Assembly: GCA_040004415.1 (NCBI GenBank)
Contig: JBDUAY010000001.1
Coordinates: 1-60,734, forward strand
Reading direction: 5' to 3'
Source of the DNA: Bacteroidota bacterium
Lineage (GTDB): Bacteria; Bacteroidota; Bacteroidia; Chitinophagales; Chitinophagaceae
Length of the DNA: 60,734 nucleotides
Part shown: one piece after another, positions 48,394 to 57,641 of the stretch
Position numbering within the stretch: position 1 is the first letter of the stretch
Layout: each line of letters begins with the position of its first letter
Made by a program: the position numbers and the translations under genes
The notes under the pieces: model-generated
The model's input: only the letters and a program-made list of their open reading frames with translations
The model's database searches: none
Told to the model about the DNA's origin: nothing

Positions 48394-48888
48394 TCAGTTG
48401 CCGATGTTAGAAGATGAATTGATATGTCCCAATGCACCAGCATGTATTAATTCACTTCCCCAGCTGTTGGCAAAAAAATTTGCCCGTTCATTGGTTACAT
48501 ATCCATCATTGCTGCTGGCAACAACAACAGAAGGAAAAGATAATTTAAAAAAAGGCATTGGTGTAAAGCCTGTTGTGCCTGGTGGATAAGAAGGCGCCTC
48601 TGTATCACTGGGTGCTACCATTAAAGCGCCCTTTATGATATGATTATAGTATTGCGCCCATTTTACAATGGTGCAGCACGCAAGGCTATGACCGATCAGC
48701 ATTACCTGGTTCAGCGGATATTTATGAATAGTTTCTTCTATTGTTTTTATCCAATCATCAGCAACCGGCGTATCCCAGTCTTTTTGCTGAATGCGGGTAA
48801 AACCATAGCTGTTTTCCCAGTGTGTCTGCCAGTGCTGCGGGCCAGAATTATGAAGGCCGGGAAGAATAAAACAACGGGCGTCAGGCAT
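48394..48888 (-). CDS. RBBP9/YdeN-family alpha/beta serine hydrolase
   Basis: It has ILPGLHNSGPQHWQ and the nucleophile elbow GHSLA. Confidence 0.65.
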   Translation of the reverse strand: MPDARCFILPGLHNSGPQHWQTHWENSYGFTRIQQKDWDTPVADDWIKTIEETIHKYPLNQVMLIGHSLACCTIVKWAQYYNHIIKGALMVAPSDTEAPSYPPGTTGFTPMPFFKLSFPSVVVASSNDGYVTNERANFFANSWGSELIHAGALGHINSSSNIGN

Positions 48889-48952
48889 CGGCTAAAAAAC
48901 GTTTAGTGTATAAATAGAAGGCTGTCTGTAAGGCACACCCGAAAAACGGCTT

Positions 48953-51148
48953 TTATGCTTCCGTCTGCTCATTATAATAACGGATGCCTTCCAGCACGCC
49001 CTTCGACAACGCATTCTCGGAAAAATAAACAAGCTTGTTGTTTCTTAATTCTTCCAGCTCCGGCTGGTAATTGGCTACTACAATTCCTTTTGTTTTGCCC
49101 GTGAGCATGTCTTTATCGTTACCGCTATTGCCTGCCGTTATAAAATTTTCCAAAGGTCTTTTCCACTTATAGCTAAGGTAACGTACGGCCTGGCCCTTAC
49201 TGGCCCGCAATGGCAGCAGATCCAGGAACTTGTTTTCTGTGAGCAATATTTTGCATGCCAATTTTCTATCGTCAAGAAACTTATACAAATCGGCCATGTC
49301 GTCCTGGTCAAATGTACTATCAACATAATAGCTCAGTTTAAAAGGCCATTGCGCAGCCGGTTCCTGCAAACGGATGCCTGGAAACGCCGCCAGTTCTTTT
49401 TGGAGCTCTTCTCTTTTCCAGTGATAATTGATATGGCTTTCCCAACCATTGTCGGGAATACATTTATCAGTATAATAAATTTCTGAACCGGCAGAGCAGA
49501 TAAGAATGTCAGGCTTCGGAATATCATATTCGGCCAGCGCCTGGAGGGTTATCTCTTTGTTTCTTCCGCTGGCCACTCCAAATACCACCCGCCCTTTATT
49601 CTCTGCTATCCATTGTTTCAATTCCTGCAATCCTTCTGAATTTTTTCCTTCTACCAGTGTACCATCAATATCAGAGATAATAAAAAGGTCTGCTTTAGCC
49701 AGTTTCTTGCCATAGGCAGTTTTATTTACAAAGCGGATGACTTCATTACTCTTTTCCTTGAAAAGATCATCAATCATTTTTACATATTCATCCGCAAAAG
49801 AATTCCAGGAATACAGTTGGTTGCTGGCAATAATACCATTGCCCGAAAATTTCTCCCACATGGCCTGGTCAGCAATAATTTTTTTAATTGCATCTGCAAT
49901 GGCCCGGGGATCTTCCACATCTACCAGCAATCCATTGTCGCACTGTTCCAGGATTTCTTTCGGTCCGCCGGTAGGGGAAGCAATCACCGGCAGACCGCAG
50001 GCTGCTGCTTCTACAATGGTTAACCCGAAATTTTCGCCGGGCGTTGCGTTAACAAACACCCCTTTTTTCCTGGCAGCAATACGGTAAATTTCCGGCACTT
50101 CTATTTTGGGGTCGTTTTTCTTGGGAATCGCCATTTTACCATACAGATCATATTTATCCAGCAAGAGTAAAAGATTGGTGAGAATATCCTTTTCATCATC
50201 CGGCATTACGCTGATGTCTTTTCTAACGCCGGCAAATATCGCGAGGTTCGCCATGGCCTGCAATTCTTTGTCCTGCCCGTACGATTGGATGATGGCCTCA
50301 AAGTTTTTTCTTTTGTCTGCACGGCCAATGGAAAGTATCAATGGTTTGGCAGGGTTAAAGAGAAACCGATCTATCTCTGAATTCACGCGGTATACTGCCT
50401 GTTCCTGTTCTATAGACATTTTAAAAGATGGCATATCAAGCCGGTAAAACGGGTAAAAAACTTCAGAGTTGATCCCGGGGGGTATCACTTTAAAACGACC
50501 GGAGGCTGCCTGATCATACAAGGCATATTGTGAATCAACAATGTTCTGCGTGCTTACAATGATCCGGTCTGCTGTCTGCAATAAATTTTCTTCCACGCCA
50601 ATGCGCCGTTTCATGTTAAATTTTTCTTCTATTTTTTGCGGTGACATCCCCTCCTGCAGTAATATGTTTTTTTTGTTGCGGCCAAGTGAATGCCCTGTTG
50701 CGATAAAAGGAATCCTGTATACTTCACTGATTTGCCCTGCGAGGTAATTGCCATCGGCATAATGACCATGAACCACATCCGGGAAATCATCCTGCTGTTC
50801 AATAAAACGAATTGTTTTATCAATAAATTCATCGAGGTATTCCCACAATGTTTCCTTGGGCCGGTATGAATTGCCACCGCAGGTCATCCGGATGATGCGG
50901 CCTTTATCATTTATGGTCTCAATTTCTTTTTCGTAAGCTGCCGACACCCTTTTATCAATAATCCTGCGGGTAAAGAGATCCACTTTTCGTACTTGTGGAT
51001 GCCGTGAAAGGCTTTCTAAAAGTTCCAGCACATATTTAACCTGTCCGCCGGTATCCTTGTCCCTGCCAATTTCAGGGTCATTAAACCGGATAAGACCATG
51101 CGGACTGAATAATTGAATGTAATACCCATTTATCATTTCATTATTCAT
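48953..51148 (-). CDS. Sucrose-phosphate synthase-like GT4 glycosyltransferase fused to a HAD-IIB (sucrose-phosphatase-like) domain
   Basis: The N-terminus reads HGLIRF..PEIGRDKDTGGQVKYVLEL, followed by a GT-B fold. The C-terminal domain has an intact DIDGTL (DxDxT) and GNSGND motifs. The start was set to ATG at 51148. Confidence 0.8.
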   Translation of the reverse strand: MNNEMINGYYIQLFSPHGLIRFNDPEIGRDKDTGGQVKYVLELLESLSRHPQVRKVDLFTRRIIDKRVSAAYEKEIETINDKGRIIRMTCGGNSYRPKETLWEYLDEFIDKTIRFIEQQDDFPDVVHGHYADGNYLAGQISEVYRIPFIATGHSLGRNKKNILLQEGMSPQKIEEKFNMKRRIGVEENLLQTADRIIVSTQNIVDSQYALYDQAASGRFKVIPPGINSEVFYPFYRLDMPSFKMSIEQEQAVYRVNSEIDRFLFNPAKPLILSIGRADKRKNFEAIIQSYGQDKELQAMANLAIFAGVRKDISVMPDDEKDILTNLLLLLDKYDLYGKMAIPKKNDPKIEVPEIYRIAARKKGVFVNATPGENFGLTIVEAAACGLPVIASPTGGPKEILEQCDNGLLVDVEDPRAIADAIKKIIADQAMWEKFSGNGIIASNQLYSWNSFADEYVKMIDDLFKEKSNEVIRFVNKTAYGKKLAKADLFIISDIDGTLVEGKNSEGLQELKQWIAENKGRVVFGVASGRNKEITLQALAEYDIPKPDILICSAGSEIYYTDKCIPDNGWESHINYHWKREELQKELAAFPGIRLQEPAAQWPFKLSYYVDSTFDQDDMADLYKFLDDRKLACKILLTENKFLDLLPLRASKGQAVRYLSYKWKRPLENFITAGNSGNDKDMLTGKTKGIVVANYQPELEELRNNKLVYFSENALSKGVLEGIRYYNEQTEA

Positions 51149-51223
51149 TTGGTGATTGGTAAAATTAACCAAATCAGCATGAGCGACATTATTTTATTAA
51201 TTTAGTAAACAGAAATCGAAATT

Positions 51224-52729
51224 ATGTACTCAGGATCAGGGTTTAGCGACTGGGAAATCGGAGATATTACTGTCATTATTTATAAAGGTGTTTACCATTT
51301 ATTTCACCTGATTATTCCGAATCACGATTATATTGCGCATGCCGTTTCACTGGATGGTATTTCATGGAGAAGGGTTAACAACGCTTTATTTGTGGGACAT
51401 CCCGGAGAATGGGATGACGACATGTTGTGGACGATGCATGTATGTGAAGTGGGAAGCAAATTTGAAATGTATTATACCGGTTTGCAGAGAAAAGACAGGG
51501 GTGTTATATCAAGAATCGGTTTTGCAGAATCTGACAACCTGATCGACTGGAAAAAAAATAAAAAAAATATTTTTCCGATAGAACCGAAGGGTATTTTTTA
51601 CGAAAAGTCTGGCACCAATCCGCGTACCTGGCTGAGCTTCCGCGATCCTTTCAGGTTTGAATACAAAGGTGAAGTATACCTGCTGGTAGCTGCCAGAACT
51701 ATTGGCGGACCGGTTTCCAGAAGAGGCTGCGCAGGCATGGTGAAAATCACCAATGATGTTGTTGAACTGATGCCTCCGTTGTTCAGTCCGATGGTGTATG
51801 ATGATATCGAATGTCCATGCGTATTTGAATTACATGGACGATTTTATTTGCTGGGGTCCATACGCGAAGATATTAAAGTGCGCTATTGGTTTGCCCCAGA
51901 TTTTTTTGGTGAATACCATTCTTTTCATGCGGATGTACTGTTGCCGCAAGGCAATTATGCTGCCCGCATTGTACAGGACAACGGGTACCTGCTGGTGTAC
52001 AATTTCTTTTATACCGCTGGAAAAATTGATTCATTGCGGGTACTGCCGCCACCCAAGCAGCTGGATACAGATGAACGGGGGCGGTTGGTATTAAAAAGTT
52101 ATTACCGGTGGCAACACATGGTAATTAAAACCATACCGCAGTATGAAATGGGAACGGCGGAACAACTATTTTCAAATCCGACAGCCAGTTCAACTATTGA
52201 AGACGGTAAATATATTTTTGGATCAAGAAGTGGCTATGAAATATTTTGTTTTCGTAAACCCTCTGCCGGTTTTATGTGGGAAGGGTCTCTGAAAGTTGAA
52301 GGCATGGGAAAATTCGGGCTGGTTTGCGATATCGACAGTGAAGGCAATGGCTACTTTATCTCTATCAATGCGGACAGTGGTCATGTGCAGCTCAGGGCAT
52401 GGGGATTTAACCCGCTGAACAACCGCCAGAATTTTATATTCAATGATATTCAATCAGCATTTTTTACTCCCAATAGTGAACAGTCATTTGAATTTAAACT
52501 GATTCGTTACGGCCGTTATATTGAATTGTCTATAAATGGTCATGTTAAATTAACACTTATGGATTATACCTATTCCGGTGACTTCTTTGGGCTGTATTCT
52601 GCATCTTCGCTGATTTCATTGCAAAAATCGGTATTGAAAACGTTAACTGATCCCGAAGAGGAATATGCCAGCCAGGCAGATGCGCAGGTGCAGCCAATGC
52701 CAGCTGATAGTAGCGAAAATGTGTTGTAA
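51224..52729 (+). CDS. Cytoplasmic GH32-like (clan GH-J) beta-fructofuranosidase-like protein
   Basis: It has the YHLFHL block, FRDPF (RDP motif), IECP (EC motif) and a C-terminal beta-sandwich-like domain. There is no signal peptide. The N-terminal nucleophile block reads FSDWEIGD, not WMNDPNG. Confidence 0.6.
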   Translation: MYSGSGFSDWEIGDITVIIYKGVYHLFHLIIPNHDYIAHAVSLDGISWRRVNNALFVGHPGEWDDDMLWTMHVCEVGSKFEMYYTGLQRKDRGVISRIGFAESDNLIDWKKNKKNIFPIEPKGIFYEKSGTNPRTWLSFRDPFRFEYKGEVYLLVAARTIGGPVSRRGCAGMVKITNDVVELMPPLFSPMVYDDIECPCVFELHGRFYLLGSIREDIKVRYWFAPDFFGEYHSFHADVLLPQGNYAARIVQDNGYLLVYNFFYTAGKIDSLRVLPPPKQLDTDERGRLVLKSYYRWQHMVIKTIPQYEMGTAEQLFSNPTASSTIEDGKYIFGSRSGYEIFCFRKPSAGFMWEGSLKVEGMGKFGLVCDIDSEGNGYFISINADSGHVQLRAWGFNPLNNRQNFIFNDIQSAFFTPNSEQSFEFKLIRYGRYIELSINGHVKLTLMDYTYSGDFFGLYSASSLISLQKSVLKTLTDPEEEYASQADAQVQPMPADSSENVL

Positions 52730-52825
52730 CGAACGGTGTATTGTGCCATACAGCGATAACGTTCAATACTGCGATGACTGAGATTTGCCCGTTAAAAAAT
52801 ATTTGCTGAATCAAAGTTTCTCACC

Positions 52826-52833
52826 CATATTTG
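52826..52833 (+). promoter_or_regulatory. Near-consensus -7 box CATATTTG upstream of the trp leader
   Basis: It matches TAnnTTTG at 7 of 8 positions and lies 7 nt before the leader ATG. Confidence 0.35.
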
Positions 52834-52840
52834 CACTGCA

Positions 52841-52903
52841 ATGGTAAAAAACATTCAAAATATTCAATGGTGGTGGCATACAAACCTCAAAAGGGGCAAG
52901 TAA
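52841..52903 (+). CDS. trp operon leader peptide MVKNIQNIQWWWHTNLKRGK
   Basis: The ORF has 20 codons with three consecutive TGG codons. A terminator follows, and trpE starts 180 nt downstream. Confidence 0.75.
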   Translation: MVKNIQNIQWWWHTNLKRGK

Positions 52904-52935
52904 TGCTATAACCATGAGCATCCTACTATATTCAG

Positions 52936-52960
52936 GCCCCGATATATTCGGGGCTTTTTT
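52936..52960 (+). terminator. Attenuator terminator of the trp leader
   Basis: GCCCCGA-TATAT-TCGGGGC is followed by T6. GGGGC at 52893-52897, inside the leader ORF, can compete for the left arm. Confidence 0.75.
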
Positions 52961-53084
52961 ATTTGTCAGAACGGAAATGGATAGGATGTTTGGGATACGC
53001 AGGAACTGAAGACTATTATTACAAATTCGTTTTGGTTTCTATACCAGGTTTTAAATACGATGGTGTAACAGAAAAGAATAATTA

Positions 53085-54512
53085 ATGAAAAAGATTGAGC
53101 TCAAAACAACGTGTAAAAAAATGCTGGCCGATGTGTTTACACCGGTCGGCATTTACTTGCGGCTGCGGGACAGATTCCGTGATACTGTTTTACTTGAAAG
53201 CACCGATAATCATGCGGCAGATAACAGTTTTTCATTTATAGGGATCAATGCCATCGCCGGAATAGAAATCACGTCTGTCAGCAGCATAGAGTTTAAGTTG
53301 CCCGGGCAGGAACCCGAAAGAATTGCTATCAACAATACCAACCAGGTACCGCAGTTGCTCTGGGATTTTATGCAGCGTTTTGAAGTGAGTGGTACCGATA
53401 AAGATACTGCCTGTGCGCAGGGGCTGTACGGGTATACGACTTTTGATGCGGTGCAATTTTTTGACACCGTTCAATTCCGGGACCGCGGTACTGCAACAAC
53501 TGCAAAAGAAATGGATGCCATTCCGCTGATGCGTTATCGTTTATACCAGTACGTTATAGCCATCAATCATTATAAAGATGAACTGTTCATCTGTGAAAAT
53601 AATATAGCGGGAATAGAAAGTGAGCTGGCTATGGTAGAAAGCCTGATAAAAAGCAAAGATATACCGGTGTATCCTTTTAAAGCTGCCGGTCCGGAAACGA
53701 GCAACATGGGCAACGGAGAGTATATTGACATGGTAAAAAAAGGTATCGCCAGTTGTCACCGCGGAGATGTTTTTCAAATTGTGCTAAGCCGGCGTTTTGA
53801 ACAACCTTTTACCGGCGATGAACTGAATGTGTATCGTTCACTGCGCAGTATTAATCCTTCACCTTATCTTTTTTACTTTGATTATGGCGATTATAAATTG
53901 ATGGGTTCATCGCCGGAGGCACAAATTATCATTAAGAACGGTAAAGCCATTGTTCACCCCATTGCTGGTACCTTTAAAAGAACAGGTGATGATGAAACAG
54001 ATAAGCAGGAAGCCGCGCGCTTGTTACTCGATGCAAAAGAAAATGCAGAACATGTGATGCTGGTTGATTTGGCAAGAAATGACCTGAGCCGCCTTTGCGA
54101 TGATGTAAAAGTGGAACATTACCGGGAAGTGCAATTCTTCAGTCACGTAATACATTTGGTAAGTGAAGTAACGGGCTCGGTGAGGCCGGGAACAAATCCT
54201 TTTGAATTACTGGCAAAAACATTTCCGGCAGGTACATTGAGTGGCGCACCCAAAATAAAAGCCATGCAGCTGATAGATAATTTTGAAACCACTTCCCGAA
54301 GTAACTATGGCGGTGGTATTGGGTTTATGGGTTTCGACGGCAGCTGTAATCATGCCATTATGATTCGCACTTTTTTAAGCAGGCAAAATACCCTGATTTA
54401 CCAGGCAGGGGCGGGCGTGGTAGCTGCCAGTATACCAGAAAATGAATTGCAGGAAGTGAATAATAAATTGGGCGCACTAAAAAAAGCGATTGTATTTGCT
54501 GAAAGTATTTAA
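53085..54512 (+). CDS. trpE: Anthranilate synthase component I
   Basis: It shows full-length TrpE similarity (LLES, SPE, GTLSGAPK, GGGIG). Confidence 0.92.
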   Translation: MKKIELKTTCKKMLADVFTPVGIYLRLRDRFRDTVLLESTDNHAADNSFSFIGINAIAGIEITSVSSIEFKLPGQEPERIAINNTNQVPQLLWDFMQRFEVSGTDKDTACAQGLYGYTTFDAVQFFDTVQFRDRGTATTAKEMDAIPLMRYRLYQYVIAINHYKDELFICENNIAGIESELAMVESLIKSKDIPVYPFKAAGPETSNMGNGEYIDMVKKGIASCHRGDVFQIVLSRRFEQPFTGDELNVYRSLRSINPSPYLFYFDYGDYKLMGSSPEAQIIIKNGKAIVHPIAGTFKRTGDDETDKQEAARLLLDAKENAEHVMLVDLARNDLSRLCDDVKVEHYREVQFFSHVIHLVSEVTGSVRPGTNPFELLAKTFPAGTLSGAPKIKAMQLIDNFETTSRSNYGGGIGFMGFDGSCNHAIMIRTFLSRQNTLIYQAGAGVVAASIPENELQEVNNKLGALKKAIVFAESI

Positions 54513-54542
54513 CGTTGTTTAGTTTAAACAGAATATCAACCG

Positions 54543-55142
54543 ATGAAAATATTAGTATTTGATAATTATGATTCTTTTACCTACAACCTGGTGCACCTGG
54601 TAGAAAAAATACTGCACCAGAAAGTAGAAGTACACCGCAACGATAAATTACCATTGGAAGAAGTAAAGAAGTTTGATAAAATTATTTTATCGCCGGGTCC
54701 GGGTATCCCAGAAGAAGCAGGATTGCTGTTGCCATTAATAAAAGAATATGCCGCTTCAAAATCTATACTGGGTGTTTGTCTCGGGCACCAGGCAATTGGC
54801 CAGGCTTTTGGGGGCGAACTGGTTAATTTAAGCACGGTGTATCATGGCGTAGCGTTGCCTGTTAAAATAGCCAGTGAAGAATCAGGAACACGAAGCTTAT
54901 TGTTTGATGGATTGCCAGATACTTTTGACGTTGGACGCTATCATTCATGGATAGTGTCGGAGAAAAATTTTCCTTCCGATCTTGAAATAACAGCGCGCGA
55001 TGAAAATAATTACATCATGGCATTGCGGCATAAAAAATATGACGTACAGGGTGTTCAATTTCATCCGGAAAGCGTGTTGACCCCGTTGGGAGAAAAGATT
55101 ATGCGGAATTGGCTGGACGGGGATTTGGGGGGATTAAAATGA
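54543..55142 (+). CDS. trpG: Anthranilate synthase component II (glutamine amidotransferase)
   Basis: It has DNYDSFTYNL, GVCLGHQ (catalytic Cys) and FHPES. Confidence 0.92.
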   Translation: MKILVFDNYDSFTYNLVHLVEKILHQKVEVHRNDKLPLEEVKKFDKIILSPGPGIPEEAGLLLPLIKEYAASKSILGVCLGHQAIGQAFGGELVNLSTVYHGVALPVKIASEESGTRSLLFDGLPDTFDVGRYHSWIVSEKNFPSDLEITARDENNYIMALRHKKYDVQGVQFHPESVLTPLGEKIMRNWLDGDLGGLK

Positions 55143-55163
55143 TTTGAAGAGAATGTAAATATT

Positions 55164-55563
55164 ATGGCAGACCTGAAATATAGAGAAATAACGGAGAAAA
55201 TTATTGGAGCGGCCATGAAGGTTCATTCGAAATTGGGCAATGGTTTTCCTGAAGTGATTTATCAGCGGGCAATGATGATCCAATTGGAAGAAGATCGCGT
55301 TTCATTTCAAAGTGAGCATTCCATAGCTATTTAATTATAATGGAAAAAAGATTGGTGATCGAAGAGTTGATTTTTTAATTGAAGACAAAATATGTGTTGA
55401 GTTAAAAGCAATAACATTATTGGAACCTGTACATTTTGCACAGGCGGGAAATTATCTTGAAGCTTTTAATCTTGAAGTTGGTTTACTGATAAACTTCGGT
55501 TCAATTAGTTTAGGATTTAAAAGAATTGAGAACCCTAAATTTATGGCAATATCAAATCCATAA
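55164..55563 (+). pseudogene. GxxExxY-family (PD-(D/E)XK-like) protein gene, frameshifted
   Basis: Frame 1 reads MADLKYREITEKIIGAAMKVHSKLGNGFPEVIYQRAM...EHSIAI*, with the GFPEVIY motif. The family continues in another frame as YNGKKIGDRRVDFLIEDKICVELKA...GLLINFG...*. The break lies at ~55330. Confidence 0.75.
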
Positions 55564-55748
55564 AACTTTAAATCCTGGCACTGTATGAAGAAGATTAATG
55601 CATTTGAAGACGGATTTCAGCCTGTATTATTAATAAATTCCGGTTAAATTGATATTGGGTTCAAAATGATTAAAAGCCCTGTATTCAAAATGCTGCCAAA
55701 TCGATTTTAATCCATAAAATCCTCCCAAATCGACATATGAAGAAGATT
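55555..55748 (+). repeat. Imperfect direct repeat pair (55555-55596 and 55709-55748) duplicating the trpD start region
   Basis: AATCCATAAAA occurs twice, 154 nt apart. ATGAAGAAGATT (12/12) occurs twice, 152 nt apart, and the second copy is the real trpD start. Confidence 0.7.
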
Positions 55749-56732
55749 CTGCAATACTTATTCGAACACAAAACACTGAGCCGTGAAAAGGCAAAGGAAG
55801 TTTTGTTTAATATCAGCAACGCTGTTTATAATGAACATGAAGTAACTGCTTTTATGACGGTGTACCTGATGCGCAGTATCACCATTGAAGAGCTCCAGGG
55901 TTTCAGGGATGCGCTACTGGAACTTTGTGTGCGGGTAGATCTGGAAGATTTTGATACGCTTGATATCGTGGGCACGGGCGGCGATGGAAAAAATACATTT
56001 AATATTTCTACGCTGGCCTGCTTCATTGTAGCTGGCACCGGGCAAAAAGTTGCCAAGCACGGTAATTACGGAGCTACATCGGTAAGTGGCGCATCCAATG
56101 TGATGGAACAACTGGGATACAAGTTTAAAAATGATTCAGCACGGTTAAAAAAAGAGGTAGCAGAAGCAAATATTTGTTTTTTGCATGCCCCGTTGTTTCA
56201 TCCGGCACTAAAGGCGGTTGGCGTAATTAGAAAAAACCTGGGTGTTCGCACATTCTTTAATATGCTCGGGCCAATGGTGAATCCTGCCTTTCCAAAGTAT
56301 CAGCTGGTGGGTGTTTATAATCTTGAGATGGCGCGCATCTATAATTATTTGTTGCAGCAATCCGGAAAAGCTTTCACCATCATTCATAGTTTAGATGGGT
56401 ACGACGAAATTTCTTTAACCAATGATACACGCGTAATTACCAATAAAGGAGAGAAAGTAATGACGCCGCAACAATTGGGTAAACGGTCTGTTAATGCTTC
56501 AGATATTTACGGCGGCAATACGGTAGAAGAATCTGCAAAAGTTTTTGCAAAAATTTTAAGGGGGCAAGGAACCTGGGCGCAGAACGCCGTTGTATTTGCC
56601 AATGCAGCAATGGCACTGCAATGTACCGGTAATTATGAAAACTATGATGACGCCTATGCGGCAGCGGTAGATAGCATGGAAAGTGGTAAAGCAAATGATG
56701 TGCTGAAGAAGCTGATTGCTTTGCAATCGTAG
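55737..56732 (+). CDS. trpD: Anthranilate phosphoribosyltransferase
   Basis: It has DIVGTGGDG.NTFNIST and KHGN motifs. Confidence 0.92.
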   Translation: MKKILQYLFEHKTLSREKAKEVLFNISNAVYNEHEVTAFMTVYLMRSITIEELQGFRDALLELCVRVDLEDFDTLDIVGTGGDGKNTFNISTLACFIVAGTGQKVAKHGNYGATSVSGASNVMEQLGYKFKNDSARLKKEVAEANICFLHAPLFHPALKAVGVIRKNLGVRTFFNMLGPMVNPAFPKYQLVGVYNLEMARIYNYLLQQSGKAFTIIHSLDGYDEISLTNDTRVITNKGEKVMTPQQLGKRSVNASDIYGGNTVEESAKVFAKILRGQGTWAQNAVVFANAAMALQCTGNYENYDDAYAAAVDSMESGKANDVLKKLIALQS

Positions 56733-56774
56733 GGTTAAAAGGTTGAAATGCCGGTATACAAAACAATACAGAAA

Positions 56775-57572
56775 ATGAATATTCTCGATAAAATAATTGA
56801 ACATAAAAAGGCCGAAGTTGCTGAACGAAAATTATCAGCGCCCACAGCTGTATTGGAAAAAAGCGATTTTTTTTCCAGGCCAACTTTATCATTGAAAGAT
56901 TTTTTGCTGGATGATACGAAGACAGGAATTATTACTGAATTTAAAAGAAAGTCTCCTTCAAAAGGAGTTATCAATGGTGATGCTGATGTTGTATCGGTTA
57001 CCAATGCATACACAAAATATGGCGCTTGTTGTTTGTCGGTACTTACAGACGAACATTTTTTTGGCGGTACTACAGCCGATTTAATAAAAGCAAGGGCAAA
57101 TGACATACCCATCCTGAGAAAGGATTTTATAATAGATGAATATCAAATCATTGAAGCGAAAGCGATGGGCGCGGATGTTATTTTATTAATTGCTGCATGT
57201 TTGAGTGCACGCAGCGTTAAACAACTTGCGGGCTTTGCAAAAAAGCTGGAACTGGATATTTTACTCGAATTGCATGCGGAAGAAGAACTCGGGCATATTT
57301 GTGATGAGACGGGGCTTGTGGGAATTAATAACCGCAACCTGAAAACATTTGAAGTAGACATCGGACGCAGCCTTGAAATGGCCCGGAAAATACCAACTGG
57401 CAAGATAAAAATAGCTGAAAGCGGTATCAGCGCTGCGGCCACCATCCAATTGTTTAAAGAAAATGGGTTCCAGGGGTTTTTAATGGGAGAAAATTTTATG
57501 AAAGAAGTGGATCCTGGAAAAGCTTTCGCGAAATTTGTGCAGGAACTTAATATACCTTCCGGCCAGGGCTGA
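56775..57572 (+). CDS. trpC: Indole-3-glycerol-phosphate synthase
   Basis: It has MNILDKIIEHKK.EV, EFKRKSPSKG and LIGINNRNL. The start was trimmed from 56748. Confidence 0.9.
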   Translation: MNILDKIIEHKKAEVAERKLSAPTAVLEKSDFFSRPTLSLKDFLLDDTKTGIITEFKRKSPSKGVINGDADVVSVTNAYTKYGACCLSVLTDEHFFGGTTADLIKARANDIPILRKDFIIDEYQIIEAKAMGADVILLIAACLSARSVKQLAGFAKKLELDILLELHAEEELGHICDETGLVGINNRNLKTFEVDIGRSLEMARKIPTGKIKIAESGISAAATIQLFKENGFQGFLMGENFMKEVDPGKAFAKFVQELNIPSGQG

Positions 57573-57641
57573 CCCCATGGCCCGGTTAAAGGACAACGAT
57601 TAAACGCCGAATACTTCATCACCTTAAAATTCTTTTTTTGC

